A stretch of DNA of 63,941 bases, filler included, from Bigelowiella natans CCMP2755 (lineage: Eukaryota > Protista > Cercozoa), in the NCBI GenBank assembly GCA_000320545.1. It is 7 parts of 7 records of this genome, joined end to end, with 100 filler letters (N's around TTAATTAATTAA, not from the genome) between each part and the next. Parts side by side here need not be neighbours in the genome. Positions count along the whole stretch, not along the records: positions 60,539 to 62,186 come from ADNK01000391.1; positions 62,287 to 63,941 come from ADNK01002850.1; 5 more parts are not named here. One strand, 5' to 3'. A model generated the notes under the pieces. The model searched no databases. It had not been told where the DNA came from and was given only the letters and a program-made list of their open reading frames with translations. The position numbers and the translations under genes were made by a program. This document shows positions 60,738 to 63,941 of this stretch, in pieces; position 1 is the stretch's first letter; every line of letters starts with the position of its first letter.

Positions 60738-61352
60738 GATATTCCTGCCGTGGCTCTTCCTCAGGGCTGTCGCCACCTTCCCCCTGCCCTGCTACCCCGG
60801 TTAGAGAGGTTCAAGAAGATATACTTATGGCTCTCATCAGACGCGCAGTCACAAGCCCAGGTCGGTGATTCGCAATCACCCCCCCCCCCCCCTCTCCCCA
60901 TGATTCATGTGCTGGTGGGGTGGTGGTGGTGGTGGTTGTACGCCGGTGTCGTATTAGTACGCACAACCCCGTGTAATGACTGTGATTCTTTAAGAAAGGG
61001 GTGAGAGTTCATGTGTGCATGTCCCCCCTCCCCTAGCGATCCGAGTAATATACGCATTCTTGACCAAAAAGAGAACGTTTTGGAATCTTTGCAGGCGCAA
61101 GTATTTGCGCGCAAGCTGGGCATCTCACGGGTGTACAACGTTCGTGTCAACGTCGCTCCCGGTGAGACGAGGGGGGGGGGCTTCTTCTACGATGAGCAAA
61201 AGGGCGCGACAAGCAAAAGCAGCGGCCGAAGGAGCCGGTTACATGAGCACACACCGCGGAATGCCAGTGAAATGGTGTTTGCCTTAGCGTTAGGTAAAAA
61301 GGAAATGGCGCGGAGAGCCACGAAAAGGTACCCCCCACCCCACCCCGACCCC

Positions 61353-61401
<49 letters not shown>

Positions 61402-61557
61402 TTGGTTTTATTTATCTTGTTGTGAGCACAGTTTCATATCCAATAACCGTCGTATAAATGCCAGCTCTTTTTCTCTCCTAAGATCATACAATATATGTAA
61501 ATATATATATATATATATATATTTATTTATTTATATATTTATTTCTATATAATAATC

Positions 61558-61595
<38 letters not shown>

Positions 61596-61704
61596 ATATA
61601 TCATGTCCTAAAGTTTGGAAGAGGCAGTGATGCTCGCAAAACCATTCCCCCATGAGAACATCACCGATTTCTCCGAACTAAGAGCACGGGTGTGAGTGTG
61701 TGTG

Positions 61705-61736
<32 letters not shown>

Positions 61737-62160
61737 ACGATAGGGGAGGGGGGGGGAGGAAGGAATGGCGGACAAAGGAATGGCGGATACAAGATTTTGC
61801 ATTTTTGTGCTCGTGTGTGTTTGGTTGTGTTTGGAGAGCGGCGGTAAGGATATGTACATATATTTAAATATAAATATACATCTAATCAATCCTTGTTCTC
61901 CTCCTCTCCTCCTCCTCCTCCTCCTCCTCCTCCTCCTCCTCCTTCCCTCTTCCACAACTAGGTTCTGGATGAGTTTGTGAATGCCGATGGGTAGGAAAGC
62001 GTGCAACACATAATGAAATCACCCCCCCCCCTCCCGCCTGCACCCTCCCCCACGTATCTTTCAAGCGTCTAGTAAGAACATCGAATCATCGATCGCACAC
62101 TGGACAGGTATAAGGGGCTCAGGTCGCCGTCTTTTCCCACCCTCACTAGAATACTCAAGG
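60738..62160 (+). CDS. TWNK: Twinkle-type mitochondrial primase-helicase, internal exons (TOPRIM + linker)
   Basis: PAVALPQGCRHLPPALLPRLERFKKIYLWL..AQVFARKLG..AKPFPHENITDFSELR|VLDEF parallels Twinkle [50 protein letters not shown]. Confidence 0.88.
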
Positions 62161-62723
62161 TCAGTAAGTAATGCTAAAAACCATGANNNNNNNNNNNNNN
62201 NNNNNNNNNNNNNNNNNNNNNNNNNNNNNNTTAATTAATTAANNNNNNNNNNNNNNNNNNNNNNNNNNNNNNNNNNNNNNNNNNNNACACTTGCGTGCCG
62301 CTCCGAGAGCTGCTCCTCCTGCTGCTCCTCGATGACACACAACGCCTCCCACACTCTCCTCTCCCTTCCCTCGTCCTCCCCCCGCTGCTGATGCTGTAGG
62401 CGGTGGTGTGCGGATGGGGGGACGCTAAGGCGGCTGCTGATCATGACGTGAGGAGTGAGGAGGGGGGCGGGGGGGGGGTTGGGAGAACGTTACTACATCA
62501 TCATCCCGAGTGCAAAGTCGTCTATTGCTAATATACATCCTATAAACCACTACAACAAGTAGAGCTGGTGATGGCGGCACCGTGGGGAGAAGAGACGCCA
62601 TCGAAGGCTACTAAGTTGCTTTCAATCTATTCGTCGTCGTCTCACACAAAAAAGGTGTTCTGCTGCTATTGTCACTACTACGACGACGGCTTGCTACCCC
62701 GCCCCCCGCCCCCTCCCTGGAAG

Positions 62724-62759
<36 letters not shown>

Positions 62760-63223
62760 TTTTCATTCAATATGACCTTTTCCCATCGAGAGGGGGGGGC
62801 TGTGTATTATCGAGCATGTTGGCCGTCGATTCGGAGTTCTTGATGTTACTCCTGCCTTTCTGGCCCCTGCGACGCCGTCTCCCCCCCCCCTCCTCTTTTC
62901 CCTCCTGAGAAAAAGATGATGGGACTGCGAGCCGTGTGCGCTCCCCGTCGTTAGCATGATCAACGTGTTTCTTTCTCTTCTTCTGTTTTTGACTCCCAGC
63001 GGCGCTGCCGCCTCCTATTGCGTCGCTTCCAGTCGCTCATTGCCTACGACAGTTTGTATATGTATATCAAATATACTTTATATTTCATACATTAACGCAT
63101 CATAACACCTCCCCACCCCCCCCATCCCCTTGCAGTAGAAAAGAATGTCTATGTGCCGAAGCCACCACCCACCACCACAACCACCAAGCTGACTATCATC
63201 ATCATCATCGTCCTCACCATCAC

Positions 63224-63258
<35 letters not shown>

Positions 63259-63877
63259 CCGACCTGCTTCTCTTGTCTCCAGATCTTCTCTACAATCTCG
63301 GGCGCCATAAACTCCACAGTGCCCCCACGGCAATGCCCAGCGCCTCATCCGCAGCACCGCCCCCTGCCCCCCCCCCGCAGCACGAGCTCCAGCAGCAATC
63401 CAACAGCCCGCCCCCGCAGCACCCCCCCCCCCCATCACAGCAGAAGGAGGAGGAGGTAGAGGAGGAGTAGGTTCTTCGCATTGAGGGGCGGGGCGATTTC
63501 CCAAGGAGACACGCGAATGCCGACCTGCCCCCCCCACCCGGCATTCCGCAGACGCCGCCAGCCTCATCATCATCGCTCCTTCTCCGGTAGGTTCTCCTTC
63601 GATTTCTCTGCACTCTGTCGTTCCACCGTGGAGAGGCCTTTCCCGACAACACGCCGCCATCGCCAGCTGCCGTGTCTCCTCTCCTGGTGCCGCCGCCGGG
63701 CCTCGAGTCGCTGCGGCCTCGCCCCCCGCCCGCCCCCTCGATGAGAGCTGCGATGCCGAAGTCACAGAGCTTGGGGGTGAGCGAGTGGAGATCGAGGAGG
63801 ACGTTGCAGCACTTGAGGTCACGCATGACTACGCCGTGGAGGTGGAGGTGGATGATGGCGGACGACACGCCTTGGAC
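63259..63877 (-). CDS. Protein kinase (TKL-like) catalytic exon; the gene extends beyond this exon
   Basis: HLHLHGVVMRDLKCCNVLL..PKLCDFGIA, then GTVEFMAPE in another frame after G/C homopolymer tracts. Confidence 0.8.
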
Positions 63878-63880
63878 CTG

Positions 63881-63920
<40 letters not shown>

Positions 63921-63941
63921 TATATATATATATATATAGTA

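Noticed and set aside
1-63941. tRNA/rRNA genes
   Set aside because: No cloverleaf or rRNA signature recognised by eye; only the tRNA-complementary PBS. A tRNAscan/Infernal run would be needed to exclude them.

Overview
Eukaryotic (protist-like) nuclear DNA with GT-AG introns rich in (TA)n/(TG)n/(GA)n microsatellites; the taxon cannot be fixed from sequence alone. Six N-padded TTAATTAATTAA linkers split the window into seven contigs, and adjacency across them is not established. The window holds the 5' part of a young Ty3/Gypsy LTR retrotransposon (LTR, PBS, gag, pol) and about 16 host genes or fragments: a CH/coiled-coil/polyPro/WH2 actin regulator, a TPR protein, a secreted 2OG-Fe(II) oxygenase-like ORF, a PAI-like flavoprotein, a bacterial-type GH55 glucanase, a Tudor+FG-like protein, a phosphopantetheinyl transferase, a RasGEF, a CaaX protein, an F-box/TerD fusion, a C2H2 factor, OAT, a Cys-rich protein, a giant beta-helix repeat protein, Twinkle and a protein kinase. 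The most striking signal is in old repeat/intergenic islands (4541-4988, 17767-18403, 41860-43828), which are almost entirely purged of TpA except within CTAG while keeping CpG. Repeat copies differ mostly by TA versus TG/CA. This suggests a repeat-targeted A-to-G hypermutation process, roughly the reverse of fungal RIP. A second oddity is an exact 25-nt inverted copy of the LTR terminus at the gag/pol junction, whose removal would fuse gag and pol in frame. All coordinates, splice sites and counts were read by eye.
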